In this document: positions 40,486-50,420 of the stretch, piece by piece | Numbering within the stretch: the stretch's first letter is position 1 | Layout: each line of letters begins with the position of its first letter | From: a bacterium | Lineage (GTDB): Bacteria; RUG730 | Assembly (NCBI GenBank): GCA_031551405.1 | Contig: JAVBNQ010000006.1 | Span: forward strand, 1 to 64,000 | Reading direction: 5' to 3' | DNA length: 64,000 nucleotides | Position numbers and translations under genes: made by a program | The notes under the pieces: model-generated | Seen by the model: only the letters and a program-made list of their open reading frames with translations | What the model was told of the DNA's origin: nothing | The model's database searches: none

Positions 40486-41259
40486 TTATTTTTTTTCTTG
40501 TTCACCTGATTGTTTTATTTTTTCCATTGTTACGCTTTCTTTTGGAAGAACTTTTGCTTCTTTTTCAATATTTTTTGCAATTAATACTATGGCAATACGT
40601 CTATTTTTTGCTCGATTCTCTGATGAATTGTTAGGGACAACAGGTTTTGTATCTCCATATGCTCTGATTGAGATGTTGTTTTTGTTTACCCCTGTTTTTT
40701 CAATGAAAAATCTAGTGATATTAGTCGCTCTGGCAGCAGATAGCTCCCAGTTTGTTGGAAATTGTTTTGCTAGTTTACCTGATATAGCGCTATTATCAGT
40801 GTGCCCTTCGACAATTATTTGTTTGTCAGTAATTGTTTTTAAGGTTTTTCCGATTTTTATTAATACATCTTTTCCTTCGTTTTTTACAAAAGATTGCCCA
40901 GGATTAAAAATGATTTGATCTCCAATGTCAACTGTTACATGGTCATCAGTTTGCGAAATACTAATTTGCCCTTTTTGAACTTCAGCTTGAAGTTCTTTCA
41001 GAAAATCTGTTTGCATTTTTTGAGATATTTGAATAAATTCTTCTTCATTTCTGCCTTTCTCTTCTTCAGCTTTTATGAGTTCCTCCTCAAGGAGTTCGAT
41101 TTGTCTGAGCGCTTCGTTGTAGTCGTCGACTATTGCGTTGTAGTCGTGTTGAGCAGTACGGCATTTTGAAATGGCTAGCTCGTATTTCCCTCTTGAGACG
41201 CAGCCGCTTACAAGAAAAAGAACAATAAGAGACGACAGGAGTAAAGAAAAAATTTTCAT
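40486..41259 (-). CDS. OmpA/MotB-family peptidoglycan-binding lipoprotein
   Basis: GGAGG SD, lipobox LVSGC, coiled coil, VEGHTDN, NWELSAARA, NRRIAI. Confidence 0.87.
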   Translation of the reverse strand: MKIFSLLLSSLIVLFLVSGCVSRGKYELAISKCRTAQHDYNAIVDDYNEALRQIELLEEELIKAEEEKGRNEEEFIQISQKMQTDFLKELQAEVQKGQISISQTDDHVTVDIGDQIIFNPGQSFVKNEGKDVLIKIGKTLKTITDKQIIVEGHTDNSAISGKLAKQFPTNWELSAARATNITRFFIEKTGVNKNNISIRAYGDTKPVVPNNSSENRAKNRRIAIVLIAKNIEKEAKVLPKESVTMEKIKQSGEQEKK

Positions 41260-41455
41260 ATAACAGCCTCCTTAGAGAATATTTTTTTCAATTTATACTA
41301 TTTTTTCAAAAAAATCAATATAAACATTAAAAAATTAGATTGCCAATATTATCAAGATCTTGTTTATAATTTAGCATTAAAGAAATTTGTATATAAAATA
41401 ATTTCGATTTATGTTATAATCAAAACTAAAATTTTTTTGAAAGAGGGAATCTAGA

Positions 41456-42547
41456 GTGAAAATAGGGATAGCAGTGAGTGGTACAGGTGGGCACATTTAT
41501 CCTGGAATTTCAATAGCGCAACTGCTGGATTCACATGGACACAAGATTATTTTTTTTGGAAATACCAGTCTTTTGACACATAATATAATTGATAATTATG
41601 GCTATAATCTCGTGCAAGTAAATATTTCTGGCTGGAAAAATCGAAGTCTTTTGAGTTTTTTAAAATTTTGTTTCTTTTTTTTGTTCGCTTTTTTAAAATC
41701 GATTTTTTATATTTTACGATATAAAATTAATATTATAATTGGGATGGGTGGATATCTTGAAATTCCAATTGTCTTGGCTGCGAAAATTTTGGGCAAAAAA
41801 ACGATTATTCACGAGCAGAATTTTTTTCCAGGACTTGCGAATAAATGTTTGAATTTGATCAGTGACAAAACCGCGCTTGGATTTGACGAGAGCAGGAAAT
41901 ATTTCCATCGAAAAGTTAGAGCAGTTTTTACCGGAAATCCAATAAGGAAAGAGTTTTATAATTTACAGCAAATCGACAAAAAAACTGCAAAACAAAACTT
42001 GAATATTTCCAAAAATTTGAAAGTAATTTTGATTTTCGGTGGTAGTCAAGGGGCGTCTTTTTTGAATACTACTATTCTCGACGCGATAAAATTTCTTGAT
42101 AGAAGGGACGAATTGTTTTTTATCCACATTACCGGCGAAAAAGATCTTGCAAGTGTAAAAAAATTTTATAATGAAAACAAACTTAAAAGCCAGGTATCGT
42201 CTTATTATTACGATATTTTTAACTTGTATTTCGCAGCGGATTTGGTGATTTCAAGGGCGGGCGCTTCGACAATCACAGAACTACTAGTTACAAAAACCCC
42301 AAACATTTTGATTCCATATCCTTTTGCGACTGAAGATCATCAAACTAAAAATGCAGAATTTTTAAAACAATTCGGTTTCTCCGAAATCTATCAAGAAAAA
42401 AATTTCGATAAAGATAAATTTTGCGATTCGGTTTTGAAATTTTTATCACCAACTTTTTCAATAAAAAACAATGTGAATTTTGAAAAGTATCGAAATTTAA
42501 AATTTGACGAAAACTTATACAATCTTATCAAAGATTTGAAAAAATGA
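41456..42547 (+). CDS. murG: UDP-GlcNAc:lipid I N-acetylglucosaminyltransferase
   Basis: GTGGHIYPG, GMGGY, HEQN..PGLAN, TGNPIR, GGSQGA, SRAGASTITE, HQTKNA. Confidence 0.95.
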   Translation: MKIGIAVSGTGGHIYPGISIAQLLDSHGHKIIFFGNTSLLTHNIIDNYGYNLVQVNISGWKNRSLLSFLKFCFFFLFAFLKSIFYILRYKINIIIGMGGYLEIPIVLAAKILGKKTIIHEQNFFPGLANKCLNLISDKTALGFDESRKYFHRKVRAVFTGNPIRKEFYNLQQIDKKTAKQNLNISKNLKVILIFGGSQGASFLNTTILDAIKFLDRRDELFFIHITGEKDLASVKKFYNENKLKSQVSSYYYDIFNLYFAADLVISRAGASTITELLVTKTPNILIPYPFATEDHQTKNAEFLKQFGFSEIYQEKNFDKDKFCDSVLKFLSPTFSIKNNVNFEKYRNLKFDENLYNLIKDLKK

Positions 42548-43542
42548 ATATTTTAATAATTAGGTTCAGTTCGTTTGGAGATGTTGTTTTGTCGACTGCA
42601 TTTGTGCGGGCTGTTAGAAAAAAATATCCTGAAGCAAATTTGTACTTTTTGACCAAGAATAGTTTTGCTGAAGTTTTTGAGAATAATCCAAATCTTACGA
42701 AAATTTATACATTTAGCGATGGTAAAAATTTTGTAAATTTGCTAAAAAATCTCAAAAAACAAAATAAGTTCGATATAGTTTATGATCTGAGCGTTAATTT
42801 GAAAAGTTTAATTGCAAGTTTTTTGCTTGGGGAAAAAACGTTTAGAGTGCCAAAAAATGTTTTACAGAGGCGCTGGATTGTCGCTACAAAAAATGTAAAA
42901 AATCCTTATAAAACAATTAAACAAAACTATAGCTATTTTTTGGGATTTGAAAATATTTTTGAGACGGAAGTTTTTTTGACAGACTTGGAAAAACTTAAGG
43001 CGCGAGAAATCCTAACTTACGATGATAAGAAAATTTACGTTGGGATAAATACCGGTGCGAAATGGGAAACGAAACGTTGGATTTTGCAAAATTACGTTGA
43101 CGTGATCGCAAAACTTAATGAGACAAATTGTTGCGTCGTGCTCTTTGGTGACAAAAATGAGACTGAATTTAACCGCGAAATCGCAAAAAATTTTGAAAAC
43201 TCTCGAGATGTTTTCGATTTAACAAATAAGCTCACAAAGCGCGAGTTTTTTGCCACGGCTAGCTTGATGAATTGTTTTTTAACGACGGATTCAGCGGGTC
43301 TTCATATTGCGCAAACATTTTCGATCCCAACGGTTGCGATTTTTGGTCCAACAGTGAAAAATTTTGGATTTTGGCATGCTAAACAATGTGATGTTTTAGT
43401 TGAGTCTGACATGAAATGTAGGCCCTGTTCGCTACACGGGAATGACTTTTGCCGAGAAAAACATTTTATGTGTATGAAAAATATTTCTGCGAAGCAAGTT
43501 TTAGAAGCAATTTTTAGGATAATAAAACAGGAAAAATTATGA
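42544..43542 (+). CDS. GT9 family LPS heptosyltransferase (WaaF-like)
   Basis: IRFSSFGDVVL, GAKWETKRW, DSAGLHIA, FGPT, CRPCSLHG. Confidence 0.87.
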   Translation: MNILIIRFSSFGDVVLSTAFVRAVRKKYPEANLYFLTKNSFAEVFENNPNLTKIYTFSDGKNFVNLLKNLKKQNKFDIVYDLSVNLKSLIASFLLGEKTFRVPKNVLQRRWIVATKNVKNPYKTIKQNYSYFLGFENIFETEVFLTDLEKLKAREILTYDDKKIYVGINTGAKWETKRWILQNYVDVIAKLNETNCCVVLFGDKNETEFNREIAKNFENSRDVFDLTNKLTKREFFATASLMNCFLTTDSAGLHIAQTFSIPTVAIFGPTVKNFGFWHAKQCDVLVESDMKCRPCSLHGNDFCREKHFMCMKNISAKQVLEAIFRIIKQEKL

Positions 43543-44051
43543 AAAAAAATATTTTTTTTGGTTTAATTTTTTTGATATTTTTAGGTTGTGCGATGAATCC
43601 GGCTCTCATCGGACCACCAAAAAAAGTTTATTTAAAGCCATTCGATAATTTGACGGTACACTATTCATTGCACGGAATTTTGACGGATTACACAAAGGAT
43701 GAGTTTTTGCGAGATTCGTACCTCACAGTTGTAAGTGAAAATGATGCAGAATATATCGTATCCGGAGAAATTTTCACTTATGAGCTGCGGCCTATTTCGT
43801 ATAGCCTTGACAATCGAGTTGAAAGCTATGAGCTTTTTATCGAGACGAAGATTCGCGTTTTTGATAAAATCAATAATGTTCAGATTTTAGAGGAAACTAT
43901 TCTTGGGAATGATATTTATTTCACAAAAGATGGAAATTCCCTTGAAACGCGAAGTAATACAGAGCTAGAAAAAGAAACACAAGACAGAATTTTGGAATAT
44001 ATGTCGCGAGATATAACGAGAAAAGTTGTTTATGCAAAACGCGAAGTTTAA
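43539..44051 (+). CDS. lptE: LptE-family LPS assembly lipoprotein
   Basis: Lipobox FLGC, VYLKPFDNLT, position immediately upstream of holA (conserved lptE-holA order). Confidence 0.7.
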   Translation: MKKNIFFGLIFLIFLGCAMNPALIGPPKKVYLKPFDNLTVHYSLHGILTDYTKDEFLRDSYLTVVSENDAEYIVSGEIFTYELRPISYSLDNRVESYELFIETKIRVFDKINNVQILEETILGNDIYFTKDGNSLETRSNTELEKETQDRILEYMSRDITRKVVYAKREV

Positions 44052-45012
44052 GCTGATTTATCTTTTACTTGGACAAAACGAACACGCAAAATCTCTTGAA
44101 ATCGAAAAAATCAAAGGCTCTGTCTTGGGAAAAAATGTTACTGAGTTCAATTACGACCTTTTGTACGCCGACGAGAATGAACCAAAAAACGTGATAAATT
44201 TGTGTAATACTTTGGCTTTTTGTAGCGACGTAAGGCTGGTAATTTTGAAGCGTTTTGAGTCGTATTCCGCCAAAGAAAAAAGCGTTTTAGCAGAATATTC
44301 CAAAGATGCATCTCCTCAAACGTGTCTTGTGATTTCCGGAGGAGAAAAACCTGCGAAAAATGAGGCTTGGTATAAAACTTTCGATGTGAATCAAGCTTCA
44401 ACTCATATCAGCGTTTTTTGGCCGTACAATTACAAGATGCTGACTCAGATAATTTTGTCTAGTTTCGAAAAATTGGGTAAAAATATTGATTACAATGCAG
44501 CGAGCGTTCTTGCGGAATTGATAGAAAACAACCCAAATTCTATAGATGAAGAAATAAAAAAAATTATAAATTATGTTGATGAAAAAAATAACGTAACTTT
44601 AGATGACATAAAAGAAAATGTCCTGAAAAGCCAAAATCACGATATTTACGAATGGGCGATAAAAATTACTGATGGAAAAACCGTAGAAGCATTAAAATTT
44701 TTGAACAATTTTTCTCCTACCGAATTGAAAGCCCCGCAATTACTTTTGTTTGTTTTGACTGAAAGATTCACTAAAATTTTTAAATATTTGACTCTTTTGA
44801 GTGAAGGTGTACAATCGCAAACTGCGCAAAAATCTCTTGGGGTTATGTTGTTTTTGGATCCAAAATTTGCAGCTCAGGCAACGAGATATGATTTTAAAAA
44901 ATTGGCTAAAATATTCGATTTGCTAATAAATGTCGACGCTAACATAAAAGTTGGAAAAGGAGAACCAAAATTTTTGCTAGAGGAACTTATCGTGGATATT
45001 TCGCGGCTCTGA
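44032..45012 (+). CDS. holA: DNA polymerase III delta subunit
   Basis: YLLLG, FNYDLLY, RLVIL, EIKKI, D..IK.G C-terminal pattern; size 326 aa. Confidence 0.82.
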   Translation: MQNAKFKLIYLLLGQNEHAKSLEIEKIKGSVLGKNVTEFNYDLLYADENEPKNVINLCNTLAFCSDVRLVILKRFESYSAKEKSVLAEYSKDASPQTCLVISGGEKPAKNEAWYKTFDVNQASTHISVFWPYNYKMLTQIILSSFEKLGKNIDYNAASVLAELIENNPNSIDEEIKKIINYVDEKNNVTLDDIKENVLKSQNHDIYEWAIKITDGKTVEALKFLNNFSPTELKAPQLLLFVLTERFTKIFKYLTLLSEGVQSQTAQKSLGVMLFLDPKFAAQATRYDFKKLAKIFDLLINVDANIKVGKGEPKFLLEELIVDISRL

Positions 45013-45047
45013 GATAAAAAATAAATGAAAATTAACAGGAAGTTTAG

Positions 45048-45395
45048 ATGAGAACAAATAGGAAAGAAAGGCTCTCTGGGCTTATTAAAGAAAAAATCAG
45101 CGAAATTATGATGCATGTTTTAGATGAGTTTTCGGGATTTTTGATAAGTTTTACAGATGTGAAAGTTGCAAAAGATTTTATGAATGTGACGATTTTTTAC
45201 AGTATTTTTGGAAATGAGGACGATAGAAAAAGACTGGAAAAGTTGTTTATGAAATACAAATCAAGGATCAGGTTTGAGCTCGGGAATAGGATAAATTTTA
45301 GGATGGTTCCGAATTTTCATTTTAAGTACGACGAGACCATGGAAAAGGCATCAAGAATAGAAAATCTTTTGCAAGGGATGAAATTAGATGAGTAG
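45048..45395 (+). CDS. rbfA: 30S ribosome-binding factor A
   Basis: RKERLSGLIKEKIS, TDVKVAKD, VPNFHFKYDET. Confidence 0.88.
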   Translation: MRTNRKERLSGLIKEKISEIMMHVLDEFSGFLISFTDVKVAKDFMNVTIFYSIFGNEDDRKRLEKLFMKYKSRIRFELGNRINFRMVPNFHFKYDETMEKASRIENLLQGMKLDE

Positions 45396-46407
45396 AGAAA
45401 AATTAGCTGACACGTTCGAGGAAATCAAGGGCGTAGTTTTGGATCCTGACAACAAAAATTTTTTGTTGCTTTTTCATTCAAATCCAGATGGAGATGCGAT
45501 CGGTTCAGCTCTTGGCGCAAAATTTTTGCTGGAAAAAATGTGGAAACAAAAATACGGAACTGCAATGCTCGGAAAACGAGTTTTTGTTTATTCGAGCGAT
45601 GAATTACCAAAAAAATTTGCTTTTTTGCCGGGCTTTGACGGGATAGTAGTTTCAAAAAATTTGCCGAATGTAGACGTGACGATTGTTATGGAATCTTCCA
45701 GCCTAAATAGAGCAGGTTTTCCATTGCTCAGCTCGAAAACTGTGATAAATATTGATCATCACGTTATAAATGATAATTATGGCGACATAAATTGGGTCGA
45801 TTCGAATAAAGCTGCAGCTTGTCAGATGATTTATGATATTTTGATTTATTTTGGCGTCGAGCTTGATTTCGATATTGCAGTCTGTTTGTACGTTGGAATT
45901 TTGACTGACACCGGTAGATTTCAATACTCCAATACCACGATTGAGATTTACGATATCATAAGAAATTTAGTTGAACAGGGAATAAATGTCAACGAAATTT
46001 TTACGCGAATTTATGGAAGTAAGACTTTAACTCAAGTGAAATTTATGCAAATTGTCTTGCGAAATATAGAATTTTTTTGCGACAATAAAATAATAATTTC
46101 CCACATTGACGAGTCGGATATAGAAGCTTTCGATATAAAATCTGACGACATGGATGGAGCTGTCGAGTATCTTCGAGATATTGAGAATGTCGAAGTTTCT
46201 ATGTTCATAAAACCGCAAATAGACACGTATAAAATTAGTTTTAGGTCAAAAGGAAAGGTGAGATTGAGCGAGCTCGTAAAACTTTATGACGGCGGTGGAC
46301 ACGTTTTTGCTGCCGGCTGCGAGATCAAAAAACAAGATTTAGACGAAGCAAAAAATCGTATTTTGGAAAATTTAAAATCTCAGATTTCAAAAAAATTTCC
46401 GATATAA
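45388..46407 (+). CDS. nrnA: DHH-family bifunctional oligoribonuclease/PAP phosphatase
   Basis: HSNPDGDAIGS, IDHH, TDTGRF, SFRS, GGGHVFAAG; follows rbfA. Confidence 0.88.
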   Translation: MSREKLADTFEEIKGVVLDPDNKNFLLLFHSNPDGDAIGSALGAKFLLEKMWKQKYGTAMLGKRVFVYSSDELPKKFAFLPGFDGIVVSKNLPNVDVTIVMESSSLNRAGFPLLSSKTVINIDHHVINDNYGDINWVDSNKAAACQMIYDILIYFGVELDFDIAVCLYVGILTDTGRFQYSNTTIEIYDIIRNLVEQGINVNEIFTRIYGSKTLTQVKFMQIVLRNIEFFCDNKIIISHIDESDIEAFDIKSDDMDGAVEYLRDIENVEVSMFIKPQIDTYKISFRSKGKVRLSELVKLYDGGGHVFAAGCEIKKQDLDEAKNRILENLKSQISKKFPI

Positions 46408-46431
46408 AAATAATCAAGCGAGGAATGGTTT

Positions 46432-47616
46432 ATGGCAGATTTGTTAGAAAAATGCAGAAAATTCGAGGCAGCAAAACAAGTTTTAGCATCTGGCTGTTAT
46501 CCGTATTTTCATCGAGTGGAATCCGGTCAGGATCCAGAGGTTATCATCGAGGGTAAAAAAATGATAATGGTCGGATCAAACAATTATTTGGGTCTTACGT
46601 CGCATCCAAAAGTCAAAGATGCTGCAAAAAAAGCGATAGAAAAATATGGAGTTGGCTGTGTTGGATCGAGATTTTTAAACGGAACATTGGATTTACATGA
46701 GGAGCTAGAGTTAAAACTTGCGGAATTTTTAAAGCGTGATGTAGCGTTGACTTTTTCGACTGGAATGCAAGCAAACCTCGGAGTGATTTCAGCTCTCGTC
46801 GGGAAGGGTGATGTGGTAATTACGGATAAATACGATCATGCCAGCATTATAGATGGTTGCAAATTGTCTTTTGGCGAGATGAAACGTTTCAAACATAACG
46901 ACATGGAAGACTTGGAAAAAACGCTCAAAGCGATTTCCGGTGATTTCGGGAAATTAATTTTAGTCGACGGCGTTTTTAGCATGGAAGGCGATATAGCGAA
47001 CTTGCCTGAGATTGTCAAACTTGCGAAAAAATATGGAACCAGAGTAATGGTAGATGACGCGCACGGAGTCGGTGTTTTGGGGAAACATGGCCGAGGAACT
47101 GCCGAGTATTTTGGGCTTGAAAAAGAAGTGGATATTTTGGTTGGAACTTTTAGCAAATCGTTTGCCGCAGTCGGAGGATTTGTGGCTGGCGACGAAGATT
47201 TGATTCATTATTTGAAGCATAATTCAAGGGCATTGATTTTTAGCGCTAGTTTGCCGCCGAGCAATGTCGCGTCGGTGATTGCAGCTCTTGAGATAATAAA
47301 ATCAGAACCGGAAAGAATGACGCGTCTTCTCGAGATTGCAGACAAAATGAGATGCGAATTTGTGAAACGAGGTTTTGACGTTGGGACGAGCGAGACACCG
47401 ATTGTGCCGATTTTGATTGGCGACAATATGAAGGCCTTCAAAATGTGGCGTTTGCTCTTCGACAAGGGTATTTTCACTACTCCGGTTGTTAGTCCTGCTG
47501 TTCCAAATAATCGAGCAATGATTCGTACGAGTTATATCGCTACGCAAAAAGACGAGCAATTGGATAAAGTTTTGAATGCTTTCGAGGAAGCTGGGAAAGA
47601 GCTTGGAGTAATCTAG
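46432..47616 (+). CDS. Alpha-oxoamine synthase, probable serine palmitoyltransferase
   Basis: YPYF..VESGQD, GSNNYLGLT, GSRFLNGT, DHASIIDG, FSMEGD, DDAHG, GTFSKS (PLP lysine). Confidence 0.8.
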   Translation: MADLLEKCRKFEAAKQVLASGCYPYFHRVESGQDPEVIIEGKKMIMVGSNNYLGLTSHPKVKDAAKKAIEKYGVGCVGSRFLNGTLDLHEELELKLAEFLKRDVALTFSTGMQANLGVISALVGKGDVVITDKYDHASIIDGCKLSFGEMKRFKHNDMEDLEKTLKAISGDFGKLILVDGVFSMEGDIANLPEIVKLAKKYGTRVMVDDAHGVGVLGKHGRGTAEYFGLEKEVDILVGTFSKSFAAVGGFVAGDEDLIHYLKHNSRALIFSASLPPSNVASVIAALEIIKSEPERMTRLLEIADKMRCEFVKRGFDVGTSETPIVPILIGDNMKAFKMWRLLFDKGIFTTPVVSPAVPNNRAMIRTSYIATQKDEQLDKVLNAFEEAGKELGVI

Positions 47617-47620
47617 CAAG

Positions 47621-48736
47621 ATGTCAAATCTCAAAATAATCGAAGTAAAATCGAATAAAGATTTGGATCTCTTCGTGAGTTTCCCTTGGCAAATCTATAA
47701 AAACTTTGAAAATTGGGTTCCGCCTTTAAAAAGCGAGATTAAAAACATTTTCGCTGATAAAAATCCGTTTTGGCGGCATTCCGAAAAAAAACTTTTTTTG
47801 CTTTTTGACAACGGAAAAATCGTTGGGAGAATAGCCGGGATTATTGATTACAATTATATAAAATTTCAGGATGAAAACGCTGGTTTTTTTGGATTTTTCG
47901 AATGCGAAAATAATTTGGAATACGCGAGCCATTTGGTTAGAGCAGTTCAAGATTGGCTTAGTGCGAATAAAATTCGAATTATTTACGGACCGATGAATCC
48001 TTCGACAAACGACGAGATGGGATTTTTGTTCGAAGGTGAAGGCGATCCTTTCATCATGATGCCGTATAATCCGAGTTACTACCTCGAGCTTTTTGAGAAT
48101 CTCGGCTTCGAGAAAGCGAGAGATTTGTATGCTTATAATTTGGATTACAAGAACACGCCATTCAAACGGTTAAATTTTTTGCGAGACAAATTACTCGAAA
48201 AATTTAAATATAAAAACGTCAAAGTTCGCTCGATAAATTTGAAAAATTTAGATCATGAGATCGAGTTTGCGCTTGATGTCTACAACGATGCTTGGGAGAA
48301 AAATTGGGGATTTGTGCCGTGGAACAGTGAGGAATTTTATAGCGTCGCGAAAATGCTGAAAAATTTAGCTGATCCAAGGATGATTTTGTTTCTTGAGATA
48401 GATTCTAAGCCAGCCGGAATGCTGATCGTGATCCCCGACTACAATCAAGTCATGAAAAAATTAAACGGCAAGCTAAATATCCTGAAGTTTTTGTGGTATA
48501 AACGCAAAATCACTAGGGCGCGGCTTTTGATACTGGGCGTGAAGAAAGAATTTAGGAAGCAAGGTTTTGAAAGTCTCCTCTATCTGACTGCAGCTGAGAA
48601 TGTTAGAGAAACAGGAATACGAAATTTTGAGTTTTCTTGGATTTTGGAAGATAATGTTTTGACGTGCAGGGCAGCTGAGATGATGGGTGGTGAACTTTAC
48701 AGGAAGTATAGAGTTTTTCGGAAGGATAATTTTTAG
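47621..48736 (+). CDS. GNAT-fold acyltransferase, YghO/bacterial ceramide synthase-like
   Basis: FPWQIY..WVPPL, VGRIAG, GFFGFFE, GPMNPSTNDEMG, MPYNP.YY, WEKNWGFVP, PDYNQ, FSWILEDN. Confidence 0.72.
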   Translation: MSNLKIIEVKSNKDLDLFVSFPWQIYKNFENWVPPLKSEIKNIFADKNPFWRHSEKKLFLLFDNGKIVGRIAGIIDYNYIKFQDENAGFFGFFECENNLEYASHLVRAVQDWLSANKIRIIYGPMNPSTNDEMGFLFEGEGDPFIMMPYNPSYYLELFENLGFEKARDLYAYNLDYKNTPFKRLNFLRDKLLEKFKYKNVKVRSINLKNLDHEIEFALDVYNDAWEKNWGFVPWNSEEFYSVAKMLKNLADPRMILFLEIDSKPAGMLIVIPDYNQVMKKLNGKLNILKFLWYKRKITRARLLILGVKKEFRKQGFESLLYLTAAENVRETGIRNFEFSWILEDNVLTCRAAEMMGGELYRKYRVFRKDNF

Positions 48737-48849
48737 AGCCTTTTTTGCAACTCAAAAAGGATAAATTGCGCTTTAAAAGGACATGTTTTTAAAAGTTTTC
48801 AAATAGCGGTCGAAGTGAAAAAAGTTTTGTTTAAGATTGGAGAAAAATT

Positions 48850-50382
48850 ATGATTTTGATTTTAGATTTTGGGTCGCAGTACACACAGCTTATTGCGAGG
48901 AGAGTGAGAGAATTATCGGTTTATTGTGAAATTTTGCCCTACAATACTAATTTTGATGAAATTCGCGCAAAAAATCCGGTTGGAATAATTTTGTCAGGCG
49001 GACCATCAAGCGTTTATGAAAAAAATAGTCCAAGGTGCGACGAGAGAATTTTTGACCTCGAAGTTCCGGTTTTGGGAATTTGTTATGGAAGCCAGCTTTT
49101 GAGTCTGCATTACGGCGGAGAAGTTTTGAAAGCTGAAAAAAGAGAATTTGGTTTTGCTGAGCTCGAGCTGAAGAAAGACGATTTATTTTTAAAAAATTTT
49201 AGTTTGGCAAAAAAAGAAAAAGTTTGGATGAGTCACGGCGACAAGATCACAAATATTTCTGCAAATTTTTTTGTTTTGGCTGAGACGGATAACTCGCCAT
49301 TTGCAATAATAAAACATAACGAAAAAAATCAATACGGCGTTCAATTTCACCCTGAAGTTGCTCACACGGAAAACGGAAAGATTTTTCTAAAGAATTTTGT
49401 TTGCGAAATTTGCAAAGCTGAGCCGAATTGGACGATGAAATCTTTTATTGACGAACAGGTTAAAAATATTCGAGAAATCGTCGGAGACAAAAAAGTGATT
49501 GCCGGGCTTTCAGGAGGAGTTGACTCATCTGTAATGTCTGTTCTGATTCATAGGGCGATAGGCGATAATTTGACTTGTATTTTTGTTGACAACGGGCTTT
49601 TGCGCTATGGTGAACGTGAAAAAATAGAGGAAAGTTTCAGTAAAAAAATGCATCTAAACGTAAAATATATTTCTGCTCAAAAAATATTTTTGGACGCCTT
49701 AAAAGATGTGATTGATCCAGAAAAAAAACGTAAAATTATAGGGCATAAATTTATCGACGTTTTCGACGACGCGAGCAGTAAAATAGAAGGTGTGGAATTT
49801 TTGGCGCAAGGGACGTTGTATCCAGATGTGATTGAGAGCATTTCTGTGAAAGGACCGTCTGCGACGATAAAATCTCATCATAATGTTGGTGGGCTTCCGG
49901 AGAAAATGAAACTAAAGCTTCTCGAGCCGCTCAAATATTTATTTAAAGACGAAGTGCGAAATCTCGGACGAGAGCTAGGAATTCCTGAGGAGCTTGTGAA
50001 CAGGCAGCCTTTTCCTGGACCTGGACTTGCGGTGAGGATTTTGGGAGAAGTTAACGAGGAGCGTACAAATATTTTGCGACAAGCTGATAAAATTGTATTA
50101 GACGAGATCAAGAAATCTGGGCTTTATAACGAGATTTGGCAATCTTTTGCAGTGCTTTTGCCGGTAAAAACTGTTGGAGTGATGGGCGACGAGAGAACGT
50201 ATGAAAACGTGATTGCAGTTCGCGCGGTCAATAGCGTCGACGGAATGACTGCTGATTGGGTGAAATTGCCATACGATCTTTTAGGAAGAATTTCGAATCT
50301 AATCATAAATAACGTCAAAGGCGTGAACAGAGTTTGCTATGATATTTCGTCCAAACCGCCTGCTACAATCGAGTGGGAATAA
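48850..50382 (+). CDS. guaA: GMP synthase (glutamine-hydrolysing)
   Basis: [47 protein letters not shown]. Confidence 0.98.
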   Translation: MILILDFGSQYTQLIARRVRELSVYCEILPYNTNFDEIRAKNPVGIILSGGPSSVYEKNSPRCDERIFDLEVPVLGICYGSQLLSLHYGGEVLKAEKREFGFAELELKKDDLFLKNFSLAKKEKVWMSHGDKITNISANFFVLAETDNSPFAIIKHNEKNQYGVQFHPEVAHTENGKIFLKNFVCEICKAEPNWTMKSFIDEQVKNIREIVGDKKVIAGLSGGVDSSVMSVLIHRAIGDNLTCIFVDNGLLRYGEREKIEESFSKKMHLNVKYISAQKIFLDALKDVIDPEKKRKIIGHKFIDVFDDASSKIEGVEFLAQGTLYPDVIESISVKGPSATIKSHHNVGGLPEKMKLKLLEPLKYLFKDEVRNLGRELGIPEELVNRQPFPGPGLAVRILGEVNEERTNILRQADKIVLDEIKKSGLYNEIWQSFAVLLPVKTVGVMGDERTYENVIAVRAVNSVDGMTADWVKLPYDLLGRISNLIINNVKGVNRVCYDISSKPPATIEWE

Positions 50383-50420
50383 TTCGTAAATTTTAGATTT
50401 GCTGGAGCCAAAGCTTTTAA

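Noticed and set aside
46432-47616. BioF (8-amino-7-oxononanoate synthase) or Kbl call
   Set aside because: No bio or tdh neighbours; motifs and the adjacent GNAT gene fit serine palmitoyltransferase better, though not excluded without a tree
48737-48849. Purine or other riboswitch upstream of guaA
   Set aside because: Only a weak CCTTTTT/AAAAAGG hairpin; no purine-riboswitch core (TATAAT..GATATGG..GTTTCTACC) seen
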